From Octopus vulgaris (lineage: Eukaryota), in contig OX597821.1 of the NCBI GenBank assembly GCA_951406725.2, positions 49,414,001 to 49,478,000 on the forward strand: a stretch of 64,000 nucleotides of DNA, given 5' to 3'. The notes beneath the pieces were generated by a model. It was given only the letters and a program-made list of their open reading frames with translations, was not told the DNA's origin and made no database searches. Numbering within the stretch: the stretch's first letter is position 1; every line of letters starts with the position of its first letter. This document shows, in pieces, positions 40,030-52,430 of this stretch. The position numbers and the translations under genes are program-made.

Positions 40030-42276
40030 TGGATGATCGTGCACTTGCTTTTAGTGATTCTGAAAAGAAAGAGGCTTGGAGAAGCCATTATGAAAGACTG
40101 CTGAATGCAGAGAATGAATGGGAGGAAGAGATGTTGACCCAGTAGAGGGACCAGCTATTCCAATAGACAGCTCCCTAGTAGATAAAGCAATTAAGGGTAT
40201 GAAGCCAGGAAAAAACCCTGGCCCATCAGGAATCACTGTTGAAATGCTTAAAACATCTGGTGGTGTGGGCTATGGCATAGTCACCCACATTGTAAACCAG
40301 GTAGTACATGACGGAGTCATACCCAATGACTGGCGTAGCAGCACCATAGTTAACTGCTACAAGGGTAATAGTGATGCTCTAGATAGGAATAACTACAGGG
40401 GTATTAAACTGCTGGATCAGGTGATGAAGGTCACAGAGAGGGTCATAGTCCATCTCATTAGGGAGAGAGTTTACTTAGATGAGATGCAGTTCGGTTTTGT
40501 TCCGGGTAGAAGCACCACTGATGCCATATTCCTGGTTCGACAACTGCAGGAGAAATACCTAGCTAAAGATAAACCCCTCTACTTAGCTTTTGTGGACTTG
40601 GAGAAAGCCTTTGACAGGGTCCCCCGATCCCTTATCTTGTGGGCATTGCGGAAACTGGAGATTGACGAATGGTTGATACGGGCTCTACAGTCCCTATACA
40701 GAGAGGCCGTTAGCAAGGTTAGGATCGGCAATGAGTATAGTGAAGAATTCCAGGAAGAAGTAGGGGTCCACCAAGGTTCAGTCCTTAGTTCCCTTCTATT
40801 CATCATAGTCCTCCAGGCAATAACAGTGGAATTCAAGACGGGTTGCCCCTGGGAGCTGCTCTATGCTGATGACCTGGCCCTCATAGCAGAATCACTACCG
40901 GAACTAGAAAAGAAACTTCGGGTGTGGAAGCTAGGTTTAGAATCAAAAGGCCTTTCCTCACACACACCATCAGGTAGGTGGCCCTGCTCGATCTGTAGAA
41001 AAGGTGTAAGTAGAAACTCCATAAGATGTACCCAGTTTAAGCTATGGACGCATAAGAGGTGCAGCAACATCAAAGGAAAATTAACCAAGATGATAGCTTT
41101 CGTATGCAGCAGATGCACAGGGACAATAGACACCACAGATACTCAGAAAACAGATTCCATCACACTCCAGGGGAAGAAACTAGAAGTAGTTGATAGTTTC
41201 CGCTACCTGTGTGACCAAGTTAGTAGTGGAGGTGGATGCTCAGAGAGTGTCACCACTAGAATACGAATAGCCTGGGCAAAGTTTAGAAAGCTTCTACCCC
41301 TACTGGTGACAAAGGGTCTCTCGCTCAGAGTGAAAGGTAGATTGTACGATACATGTGTGCGAACTGCCATGCTTCACGGTAGTGAAACATGGGCTGTGAC
41401 TACAGAGGACATGCGTAGGCTTGAAAGAAATAAAGCTAGCATGATCCGCTGGATGTGTAATGTCAGTGTGCACACACAACAGTGTAAGCGCCCTGAGAGA
41501 AATGCTGGACATAAGAAGCATCAGATGTGGTGTGCAAGAGAGACGTTTGTGGTGGTATGGTCATATACTGCAGATGGATGAGGAGAGATATGTGAAGAAG
41601 TGCCACTCCCAAACAGTTGAAGGTACTCGGGGGAGAGGTAGATCCAGGAAGACATGAGATGAGGTGGTTAAGCATGACCTTCGAACGTTGGGCCTCACAG
41701 AGGCAATGACAAAAGACTGAGATCTCTGGAGATATGCTGTGACTGCAAAGACCCGACAAATAATGTGAGTTCATGGCTGTTTCCTGCACCAGTTTTGCAT
41801 AGCCCAAACCCATCCAAAGTACCTTGGATTGCAGAACGACCTACTGTGCTTACCTTGGATCGTAGGGCGACCTGCTGTGCTTGAGGAGACCTATTGAGTC
41901 AAGTACATCAACATCAACATCAAAATAAATATCAAATGGAAATTGTAGTTGTGATACCTGTGCTGGTGGCACGTAAAAAAGCACCATCCGAACGTGGCCG
42001 ATACCAGCACCGCCTTGACTGGCTTCTGTGCTGATGGCACGTAAAAAGCACCAACTGATCGTGGCCACTGCCAGCCTCCCCTGGCACCTGGCACATAAAA
42101 AGCACCCACTACACTCACAGAGTGGTTGGCATTAGGAAGGGCGTCCAGCTGTAGAAACACTGCCAGATCAGACTGGAGCCTGGTGCAGCCTCCTGGCTTC
42201 CAAGACCCCAGTCAAACCGTCCAACCCGTGCTAGCATGGAAAACAGACGTTAAATGATGATGATGATAATAATAAT
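40030..42276 (+). mobile_element. RTE-clade LINE, 5'-truncated, with RT, embedded PHD-like finger, long 3' UTR and (TGA)n tail
   Basis: 487-aa ORF 40118-41581: NYRGIKLL, QFGFVPGRST, FVDLEKAFD, GVHQGSVLS, LLYADD, FRYL, HGSETW. It has a frameshift near 41485 and lacks the NxxKT segment. Confidence 0.93.
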
Positions 42277-42539
42277 TTTATGTGCCATCAGGGCAATGGA
42301 CGAGAGAGACAATACAAAGACAGACATAGTGTGGGGGTTTACATACAATGAAATGATAAAAGAAAAAAGTAGAAAGTATATATGGCATACAATAAAACAA
42401 AAAAGAGAAGTATACATAATATACAACAGTTAAAAAAAATAACATGGGCCAACAAAAAAATCATTTTCTCTGTTGTCAAAAAATTTGAACTTGAACTAAG
42501 TTTTTTGACAGACTGAATCCCAAAATGACACATTTATTA

Positions 42540-43420
42540 CCATCACGTTAAGATTTTAAGATATTGGATCCATAGAATTTTATTGTTTTTGCAATAAAGC
42601 AGCTTATGAGGAACAAGGTATAAAATAGAAACAGACAGAAATTGGTTTTTCTTCAAAACCAGAATGTTTTCTTAAAATTCTTCTGAAAAACTAGTAAAAA
42701 TCTTGAAATTTCTACAGACAAATTACATCATTGTTTATACCTAATTTCTCTTTCGGATAATTTTCTTGAGTGCTGAACATCAGGAAGATCATGAGGCAAG
42801 TTTCAGCAGTAGTCCACCATCACATGATACTTTTGTTCTGTTGATGAAAACATACTCGCTGTTTTGTCGCAAAGATTTTCAGGGAATTTATCAAAGTGGC
42901 TGTGGAGACAGTGCAGCTTTATGCTCACAGTGAATGCATGGTCTGTCTTTATCCAGAACTTTAACAAACTGTTTCATAATGCCAAGTTTGATATGGAGTG
43001 GAAGTAGGATGGTTTTTTCCAGTTGAACTAAAGGCTCTTCAACCACATTAAAAGTCCCTGGAACTAATATTTACTGCAGTCATTCTTTGATCACCCAATG
43101 TTTTTCCCTGGCTCTGTTGTCCCACATACATAAAATATTGACCAACTTTAAGCCTACACATATCATCATCTGATGATTATGGTACTTAATTTTCTCTAGC
43201 ACTGCTTTCACAAGATTTGTAGAGTGAGCAGTTGGAACAGAAACCAATATATTTCCATTATGAAGCAGAACAGATTTCATATTCCTTTTCGGGCTATCAC
43301 TAAAAAAGGTATCAGTCACTTGCATCATATTCTGTGAATCCCATTCTCTGAAGCAGTCCCTCAATGTTTGTGCAATATACTAAATCATTCTTTTCTGTGA
43401 AGAAAAGAAAACAATTCAGC
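42540..43420 (-). mobile_element. Internally deleted DNA transposon, probably CMC/Chapaev3-like
   Basis: HNGN...SVP.AHS, LCMWDNRAREKHW, LLPLHIKLGIMKQFVK and SIKLHCLHSHFDKFPENL..FHQ motifs. Superfamily assignment is from recall. Confidence 0.6.
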
Positions 43421-44385
43421 ATTCCTAGCAACAGGAATGGCAACCAGCTGTAGAACAATACTTTAACACATTTTCATCTAACCTATGGAAAAACAGATGT
43501 AAAAGAACGAAGTACCTTTCAAGTAACAGACTGGAGTTCTATTGTGTATTGACATGTTATTGCCCCAACAGTAATGTCTAGATATACCACAGTATTGCCA
43601 CACATCATCAATCACCATCATTGATTAATGTCCACTTTTGCATTCTTATAAAGGTCAGATGGAATTTGTTGTGGCAGACTTTCTACAGCTGAATGTTCTT
43701 CTTGACACTAACCCTCATCTATTTCCAAACAAGGTAGTATTTCTCCATGGGTCAGACATGTTTTTACTGAAGACTGGAAACAAAGGACATTGTTTGATGG
43801 TGACACTCATCTACAATTTTCATACAGTGTCAAGATATAACATATGTGATGGGCTTCTTTCAGTTTCAATCTACCAAATTCACTTACAAGACTTTAGTCA
43901 ACCTAGGGCAATAACGAAAAATACTTGTTGAAGTTGCCATGCTGTGGGATTAAACTTGAGACTACATGGTTGAGAAGCAAGCTTCTTAACCACACAGCCA
44001 CTCCATTAGCTTAAAATTACAAAATAATGATAGTGGAGGCAAGGTGAGCTTAGAGGTGTCTGATTCAAATTCATTTTAAGTATTGTGTACATTTCATCCT
44101 TTCTATAATGTATAGACTTCAGATGATATAGGAATGTTTGCTATCTTCTGTCAGCTATTTAACATCAGGGAACTTGAGCTAAAAGCTGTTGATCATTAGA
44201 ACTTGGTTTTACATAATAAGATTTAGAAAATAGAAGTTTTAAAGTTTTAAAATAGAATACGAAACTATATTACAAATGTGTTAAGGTATAAAATGAATTA
44301 TTATTGAATTAAAAAGTAGAAAAAAAACAACTTTTTCAACAGTATCTGAATTGTCTTAATTTCATTTCTTTAATTTTTTACCTAG

Positions 44386-44480
44386 CCTTGTTAAGTGCTG
44401 CTTCAGCAAATGGTTTCCAGATGGTGGTTAGTGGAGCTCAGGCTAAAGCTCTCCCAGATTTTCAAATCACTAACATTCAG
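44386..44480 (+). CDS. NCLN: Nicalin exon 4
   Basis: CCTAG acceptor; (A)LLSAASANGFQMVVSGAQAKALPDFQITNIQ; donor CAG|GTATAG, phase 0. Confidence 0.93.
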
Positions 44481-45348
44481 GTATAGAAATATAACCCTTC
44501 TTACTCTTCTACTGCTTCCTGTTATTGTAGTGCTGCAGCACCACCATCACTTTTGTTTCTGTTTTTTTTCCTTTTATGTTGTTTATTAATGATATTTTTT
44601 GAATACCATTATTATTGTTCTTATGTCTATTTTCTCTTGGTGACATGGATTGGACAGGGCTTTTTAAGGCTGAATGTACTTTTTGATGCTTGCCTTTTCA
44701 GTCATCTCTAAAGACATATGGGAATACTGTGTACATACTCAAGAAACAAGAATGCATGCAGTATAGCCAATTGTACTCCACTACACACACACACACACAA
44801 ACACAAAATAAATGACAAGGGAAGAAGAAATTAGGAGATGAACTATATGATGCAATGCACTCATGACTGAGTGCTTGTGTATGACCTTATAGCTTTATTG
44901 GACTGTCAAGAATTGAATGTAATTTTATTTAGAAAAGTATATATATTTAAGGAAAAGATCACTGGTAAAAAATATAAAAATGTCAGAAATGGAGTATAGA
45001 GTTAGAAGGGTAAAGCTACTCCCAGAAATATGTAGATTTGGATAATTTTGTGTATATATATGTGTATGCAGATAGGCATAAGATAAAACCCTATATAAAT
45101 AACTATTTTATATACACACATAAAACATAGAGACAGAACATGTTTGTTAAAACACATTGTACATATGACTGGTCATAATAACCCAGACAGAAAAAGAGGA
45201 TGGAGACAGATAGAAAGTGACAGAATCCAAAAGCCAGAGAAAGGGAAATCAAAAGCCATTTAGGAATGTGTAAAACTGTCTACATAAGGATTCTAGTCAG
45301 ACTGACAACTAAGAGGCTAGTCCAATGGCAAGCAAGTTCTTGGTATAA

Positions 45349-45582
45349 GGCGGCGAGCTGGCAGAAGCGTTAGCAGGCCGGGCGAAATGCGTAGCCGTAT
45401 TTCATCTGCCGCCACATTCAGAGTTCAAATTCCGCCGAGGTCGACTTTGCCTTTCATCCTTTCGGGGTCGATAAATTAAGTACCAGTTACGCACTGGGGT
45501 CGATATAATCGACTTAATCCGTTTGTCTGTTCTTATTTGTCCTCTCTGTGTTTAGCCCCTTGTGGGTAGTAAAGAAATAGGT
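45349..45582 (+). mobile_element. tRNA-derived SINE with Meta-like central domain. Other copies near 19000-19205, 51375-51580, 61785-61975, 63176-63340, 63531-63670
   Basis: A-box-like TGGCAGAAGCGTTAG, B-box GAGTTCAAATTC, and the conserved GCCTTTCATCCTTTCGGGGTCGATAAATTAAGTACCAG. Confidence 0.75.
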
Positions 45583-45685
45583 ATATTGATACAAAGTGTA
45601 TACACATAGAGAGAGAAAGCATGCTGGTATACATATATATTCACATACATATATATATATATATATATATAATTTATATAGAAGG

Positions 45686-45736
45686 AGCTTCTACAGGACT
45701 AGAACTGTTTCATTCAAGAGAAATCTTCAGGAAGCT
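45686..45736 (-). ncRNA. Type I hammerhead ribozyme motif (identical mirror copy)
   Basis: Exact reverse complement of 47773-47823. Confidence 0.75.
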
Positions 45737-46241
45737 AGTTAACAAGAATTGTATTGGCATTTATACATTAAGGCAGGTTTAAAGGGGTGTTGGTGGGGGA
45801 CTTTTTTGGGGTAGGCATAGCGCAAAATGTTTTAGGTAAATGAGATTCTCACTTATACCTATGCACATATGTATACATATATACACACGCATACAAACCT
45901 ATATACATATACATATACACATACATACACACACATATATGTACATATATATACACAATAAATATAAATATACACACATACACGTACACCTACATACAAA
46001 TACATACATGTATATATATATATACATATATATATATATTCACATATATATACACACATATATATATATATATACATATATACATACACATATATACACA
46101 CATACACACATAAACATATATATACACACATACACATACATACATATACACACATACACATACATACGTATACATACATACATACATCCATACATACATA
46201 CATTTATACACATACACACACCCACATACATACATATATAC

Positions 46242-46273
<32 letters not shown>

Positions 46274-46610
46274 TCATACACACACACATACATATACATA
46301 CAAATATACGCACACACATACACGCACATACACATGTACATGCGTACCCATACACACACGCGCGCATCCATATATACACATAAGTACACACATGCGTAAA
46401 AGTATACATATATCTATGCTTACACACATACACACACACACACGCGCCTCCTTATATTCATACTTACATGCATACTCAAAAAATAAGTAAATAGTAAAAT
46501 ATATATACGCGCAGTTATTCATACATGCATACTCAAAAATTAAATAATAAATATTAAGTATATGTACGTGCAGTTACCTATTATATAGACGGATACATAC
46601 ATATAAACTT

Positions 46611-46663
<53 letters not shown>

Positions 46664-47772
46664 TACATACATATATACACATATATATACATATACACAT
46701 ATACATATATATATAGGTATAAGTGAGAATCTCCTTATTTACCTGAATCTCCTTATTTATGTAGGTGTACGTGTATGTGTGTGTATTTATATTTATTGGT
46801 GTATATGTATAGACTAGCCTTCTAAGAGTGTAGACATGAATCTGTAGGTACGCGTACGTATGTGTATATACGTGAATGTATGTAGATGTATGTATGTATG
46901 AATATAACGCGTGCGTGCGTATATGCGTATGAGTGTACGAATGAGTGAGTGTACGTGCTAAAGAGTGTGCGTGAGTGAATGAGTGCTTGTTTTCCAGTAG
47001 ACAGATAAATGGACTGGCTGTCATAGCCAAGATGTTTGTGACCAAGCAGCCAAAGATAACAAAAGTAATAAACGAAGATAATAAAATTAAAATTAGGGAA
47101 TGGGTCTGTATTTGTATGTGTATATATATATGTGTGTATGTGTAGGTATGCATAGGTACACATATGTATATATATATATATATATGTATGTATATGTATG
47201 TGTGTGTATATATGTGTGTATGTGTATATATGTGTATATAGGGACTAGTGTGCTGTGTGCGCATGTGTGTGTGTGGATTTGTGTGTGTATGCGTGTATGT
47301 GAGTATGTGTGTGTATGTGTATATATATTTTTCTGTGTGTATATGCATGTGTGGTCGTGTGTGTATATATACATGTGTGTATACGTGTATGCATGTGAGT
47401 GTGTGTATGTATACATATATGTGTATGTGTAGATATGTATATGTATGTGTAAGTGTATATATATGTACATATATGTGTGTGTATGTATGTGTATATGTAT
47501 ATGTATATAGGTTTGTATGCGTGTGTATATATGTATACATATGTGCATAGGTATAAGTGAGAATCTCCTTATTTACCTAAAACTCTATTCCCCTTTTTTT
47601 ATATATATATTTTTTTATTTTTTTATTTATTCTTCTATCTAATTTAACACTGACTCCTTGACCACTCCCCCAAGTATGATATTTTGCGCTATGCCTACCC
47701 CAAAAAAGTCCCCCACCAACACCCCTTTAAACCTGCCTAAATGTATAAATGCCAATACAATTCTTGTTAACT

Positions 47773-47823
47773 AGCTTCCTGAAGATTTCTCTTGAATGAA
47801 ACAGTTCTAGTCCTGTAGAAGCT
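47773..47823 (+). ncRNA. Type I hammerhead ribozyme motif
   Basis: AGCTTC-CTGAAGA-T TTC tctt GAA T-GAA-ACAG ttctagtc CTGT-A-GAAGCT: 6-bp stem I, core CUGANGA/GAAA, 4-bp stem III, GUA triplet. Confidence 0.75.
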
Positions 47824-47977
47824 CCTTCTATATAATAAATTAATTTTACTCTGCTATGTATTGAGTACCTTATTTACTGTGGTTAACCCCGAATCAACCC
47901 GGGACCTATATATATATATATATATATACACATACATACATACACACACATAGATATATACTCACACACACATATAC

Positions 47978-48480
47978 AGGGTGCATCAGTTTTTTTAGGT
48001 CATTTGTATGAATTTAGAAAAAGATGCATAGCTCATCAAATAAAACGTATTTGAAAACAAATTGTTACAAGTAATCTTAAGAATTCTTTTATCTTGCCTG
48101 TTCATTGAATCCATTGTTAGCATCAATGACTACTTCAATATGGGGTGAGAAATGCCCAAACCAGATGATTTTTTATCTATTTTGAATATAATGCTGGTTA
48201 TGGCAGACTTGAGAGATTGTATGGTGTTATAGGAGTGTTGACTGACCTCTCTCTTGACCAACAACCCATACATAATAGTCCATTGGATTGAGGTCTGGTG
48301 AGCTAGGAGGCCATGCGTCTGAGAGAACATGATCATGAAGATTGGTACACATCCATGCTTGGGTTGTCCTAGCCTTATGCAACAGCACAGAATCTTGTTG
48401 GAAGACATATGGTCTTCTGTTGCATACTCTGTCCATCCAGGACCTCACAACTTTCTCCATCACCTCTGTGGCTCCATTGG
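47978..48480 (-). mobile_element. Tc1/mariner-superfamily transposase C-terminal fragment
   Basis: YVFQQDS...WPPSSPDLNPMDYYVW; TA|CAGGGGTG terminus near 47976. Confidence 0.85.
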
Positions 48481-48489
48481 CTACAACTG

Positions 48490-50940
48490 TCTGACTATGC
48501 CAAGATCACACAGCTTGTGACATATCATACCATGCTCAATTTTACCAAAGTCTTTTGCAAGGTCAATATATGTCACAGGCTATTCGTTCCATGACTTTGC
48601 TGGTGTGTGAGGTCAGAGAAAAAGCCATATAGTTTTTACCTTCTACTGTGCTTCATCTTTATGGATAGGGCATACTATTCTCTCCTTCAATTCCTCTAGG
48701 AGCTTAACACTTGCAAGGATGTTCTTTAAGAAAGAGCTGCAGTGGTTTTGCTAGGACTCATTTGCATGATTTGAGAAAGATTGCTGGAAATCCATCAGGG
48801 CCAGCAGCTGAGTTTGTCTACCTCATGGCCAGTATTACATTTTCTTCTTTGATGTCAGTGTAATATATTTTTACAGCCTCTCTTGTTACAAGTGTAGTGG
48901 CAAAGAACTCCACTGGTTTGTTCACTTGCCTGTGTCCTAACAGGGTAGTGAAGACACTTTTGAACTGTTTATTCAGTATTTCACGTATCCTCATTGGGTT
49001 TCCTGTGAGGGAGCCATCCTTTTATAACTCGATTTTCTTTATCTGCTCTCTCTTTTTCATGGGATTGGTGCAGACTTTTCTCAGTCTCCATCATTGTTGT
49101 TTTCAAGCAGGTCTTTTCAGTATTTTGGAAATGTTTATTTTAGCGGTTTGCAGTCTTTGTCTGTTGTCTCATGAATTTTCCTCTCCCTCAGGATCTCATT
49201 CTTGTATGTGTTGGCACAGATTTGTAGCATATGGCTTGCATTATGGACATGAAATGTTTAAATTTCATGTTGATGTGTGGTGTGGCAAGATGTTTAGACC
49301 AATACTGTTTGAGGATTTCTTTCTGAATCAATTTCCAGTTTGCTTTATGAAAGTTCAGACTGGAGTAATTTCAGGAGCTTTATATAGGTTGTATGTCTGC
49401 AGCTTCTGTTGGTCCATACATAGTCACCTCTATCATATTGTGATCTGAGACTAATGTCAGTGTCACTTGCATGTTATGGATAATATGCGTATTGTTTGTG
49501 AAGCAGAGATCCAGTATATTATTTGCCCTAATTGGTTGGAGCACAATTTGTTCAATGAATAAAGCATTGGTAAGCTTGAGCAGCGGCTCCACCTGTGCAT
49601 TTCGGTTATGTGTTATTCCTGGGAATGTGAGACACTTGGGCCATCCCACACTGGGGAAGTTGAAGTCACTTCCAAGAAATACACTGATGTGTTGTTCCAA
49701 TTTGGTGAGAACTTCAATTGTGAACTTCTATTGTGAGGCAGTCTTCAAACTTGCTTGTGTTATTTGAAGCATCCAGTGGGTGATATGTAGTACATATAAC
49801 AATATCAAGTTGTCTTGTATATAATTTGAGTGTCACATACTGAATTTGAATATAACAACAGGATCTACAGCATGAGATCCTCACAGATGCATACTGCAAC
49901 TCCACCATGGTTCCTTTCTCTTCTGTCAGTTCATAATTCAACATACTCCAGTACCTCCTATATCAGGTCTATGATGCGTTTCCATGAGTGCTATACACAG
50001 AGCTTGATTGCATACAATAAGGTCTCTCAGAAAAGAGATTTTTGTTTCTTTCAGGTGCAACAGATATCTGATATTCAGTAGAAATATTAGTGTGATGCAT
50101 GTGCTGGTGTTAGTGGTGGCCATCTTGTATCTATCAACTGTGGTGGCATTCGTATGGTGATGGGTGTGGTTCCAAGTCTGTGTTTGACATAGCCAGATCA
50201 GCTGCTGCACAATCTTTTGTGCTATGTATAAAAAAGATTTTTGTTCAGCTGTTGCCCTTTTCACATGTGTGTGAAGCTGGTTGTTTGAAGTAGCACACAC
50301 TATGCCTACATATCATCTTTTAGGGGCATACAGTGAGTGATTTCTTCTTTGGTGCTTCTCTTTTGTGCTTCTTCTGGAAAGAAGTTCTAGTCCAGGCCCA
50401 TGCAGGTTTGGCAGCGCTTTGGATGTGCAAAATGGCAGTTTGCACCATTGTCTCTATGTCAGTAGTTTTCTTGCAGGTAAAATCTGCATATTTTGCCACT
50501 TTTGTATCTCCTATTTCTTTTTCCCACAATGTTGGTCTTCTTTTGTGCTCCAAAGTTTGTTTTTTCTTTTATTTTGGAGGTTTCACTTGAAACTCCATGT
50601 AGGGGCAGCCCGGGTTTTTTGTCACGTTTTATCTTGGGGGATTTACTTTTTTTTTCTTTTACTTTTTCTTGTTGCTCTTGGTTGTTTCTGGAAGCTTTTG
50701 TTTTGTTTTGTTTTCAATTTGTTTTTGTGTACATTTTTCAGCCCCTCATTTCTCTGACTGTCTACAGTGGTGGTGGAGGAAGGGCCAGTGTCATTGATGT
50801 TCCCTTCTTTTGAAGGCCTTTTGATCATAGCTTTGGCTTTTATCTTTTGAGGGTTTACTGGGCCAAGGAGACTTTTCTTTTTCATGTCACCGTCTCTATC
50901 ATTGTTATCCTTGCTGCAATTATTTCCCAGAACGGCATCT
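48490..50940 (-). mobile_element. 5' part of a CR1/Jockey-group LINE: CCCH zinc-finger ORF1, AP endonuclease and start of RT (pseudogenised)
   Basis: IALMETH, DFNFPSVGW, PIRANNILDLCFTN, SDHNMI (APE motifs); upstream CRFY...NCHFAHPKRC; antisense to NCLN, ending ~120 bp before exon 5. Confidence 0.85.
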
Positions 50941-51066
50941 AAGATGTTGATGTGTGCTTATAATCATTTTTAGTGCCAAATTTTGATGTCTTTGTTCACT
51001 CATTTCCTGTCTTTCTTGATGCCTAAATGTGATGTTGTTATTGTTATTGTTCTCCTCCTTTTACAG

Positions 51067-51150
51067 GGTCGGTTGGCAGGGTACGGTATTGAAGAACAGT
51101 TGCCCAGTGTCATCATAGTTGCTCATTATGATTCTATGGGTATTGCACCA
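51067..51150 (+). CDS. NCLN: Nicalin exon 5 (M28 peptidase-like fold, AHYD motif)
   Basis: TTACAG acceptor; GRLAGYGIEEQLPSVIIVAHYDSMGIAP; donor CCA|GTAAGT, phase 0. Confidence 0.95.
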
Positions 51151-52326
51151 GTAAGTACACCCTAACTATTTTCATTGTCATTATTTTTGCTTTTATCTGT
51201 AACATTGTATTTTCATTTTAGTGTAGTTGCTGTTTATGATTGTCCTGATTTCTGATCGAAGGTGTTCTATTCATGACCATGTATATGTATTTACAAAATT
51301 GTGTTCACGTTTATACGAATGTCTAGATACAAATATTTTGTTGTCAATATTTTTACATATTGTAAGACAGTAAACTATTGGGATTGTTAGCACACCAGGC
51401 AAAATGCTTGGCAGCATTTCGTCTATCTTTACATTCTGAGTTCAAATCAATTGCAGTCAACTTAACCTTTCATCCTTTCAGGGTCAATAAAATAAGTACC
51501 AATTGAGCACTGGGGGGCAATGGAATTGATTTACCCCCTCCCCTGAAATTGCTAGCCTTGTGCCAAAATTTGAAACCAATATTCTTACATATTGTCTTGT
51601 AATTTACTTAATACCTACAGCCTACATTTTGTATATTTGCACAGCACATACCCAGGTAAGGTGTGATTTAGCTCCTATATCTAGTGGGTTAAATGACCTC
51701 AAAGTGGTTGCCCTGCTGGCTTGTGTTGTGTAATAAATGTTTGATATTTTCTAAACCAGTTATTAATTTAATAGATTTGTTCCACTTCATTGAGCAAGCC
51801 AGTCAATTATATGGGAACTTGCTTTGCAGCTGTTTTTATAGTTGTTGTACTGAGTAGTAACAGCTGGAACAATGGTTTGAAATAGTACATTGCTGTACTA
51901 TTGAACTGTACTTTTTCTGACAATTTACTCCATGTATCTGGTACGACATGCAAGTAGTAACATCACTAGATGTTGTCATTTCTGTGTTGTACCACACATG
52001 AATAGCAACATTACTAGATGTTGTTGCTACTGTCTGGTACCATACAGAAGTAGGAATATCACTAAGTGTTGTTATCTTCGTTGTATCACATATAAATAGC
52101 AACACTAGATGTTCTCTTTGTCAACATTATTGTTCCATGCTTTACCTGACTGTCTGAAGTTTACAACACAATGTCAATATAACTTCCCATCTACCATTCT
52201 CTCTCTCTCTCTCCACAATATTTTTGATTCTATATCCAGTTTACCTATCAAATTTTAAAACTCAAATATGAAATAAAGTGAATTTACTCCAACTTTGCCT
52301 TATTGCTTTAATATTTTACCTTTCAG

Positions 52327-52430
52327 GGTTTGTCTGAAGGAGCTGATTCCAATGGAAGTGGAGTAGTTACGCTTCTTGAATTGGCTCGTCTTTTCTCCAA
52401 ACTTTACACCAATTCTCGAACACATGCAAA
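52327..52430 (+). CDS. NCLN: Nicalin exon 6 (GADSNGSG motif), followed by a U12-type donor
   Basis: TTTCAG acceptor; GLSEGADSNGSGVVTLLELARLFSKLYTNSRTHA(K); donor AA|GTATCCTTTT, phase 2. Confidence 0.95.

Larger units (their letters stand above)
45676..47835. mobile_element. Penelope-like/retrozyme-like inverted element with terminal hammerhead motifs
   Basis: 45676-45828 is a near-perfect reverse complement of 47682-47835, and 45829-45957 of ~47455-47583. The interior is microsatellite-like. Confidence 0.8.

Noticed and set aside
45349-45440. tRNA gene
   Set aside because: A/B boxes are present but no cloverleaf is evident, and it continues into a SINE body repeated many times in the window.
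45840-47550. Long ORFs (216 aa, 319 aa and others) rich in H/T/Y/I or C/V/M
   Set aside because: They are translations of CA/TA microsatellite-like sequence, which lacks stop codons in several frames. There are no splice signals or homology.
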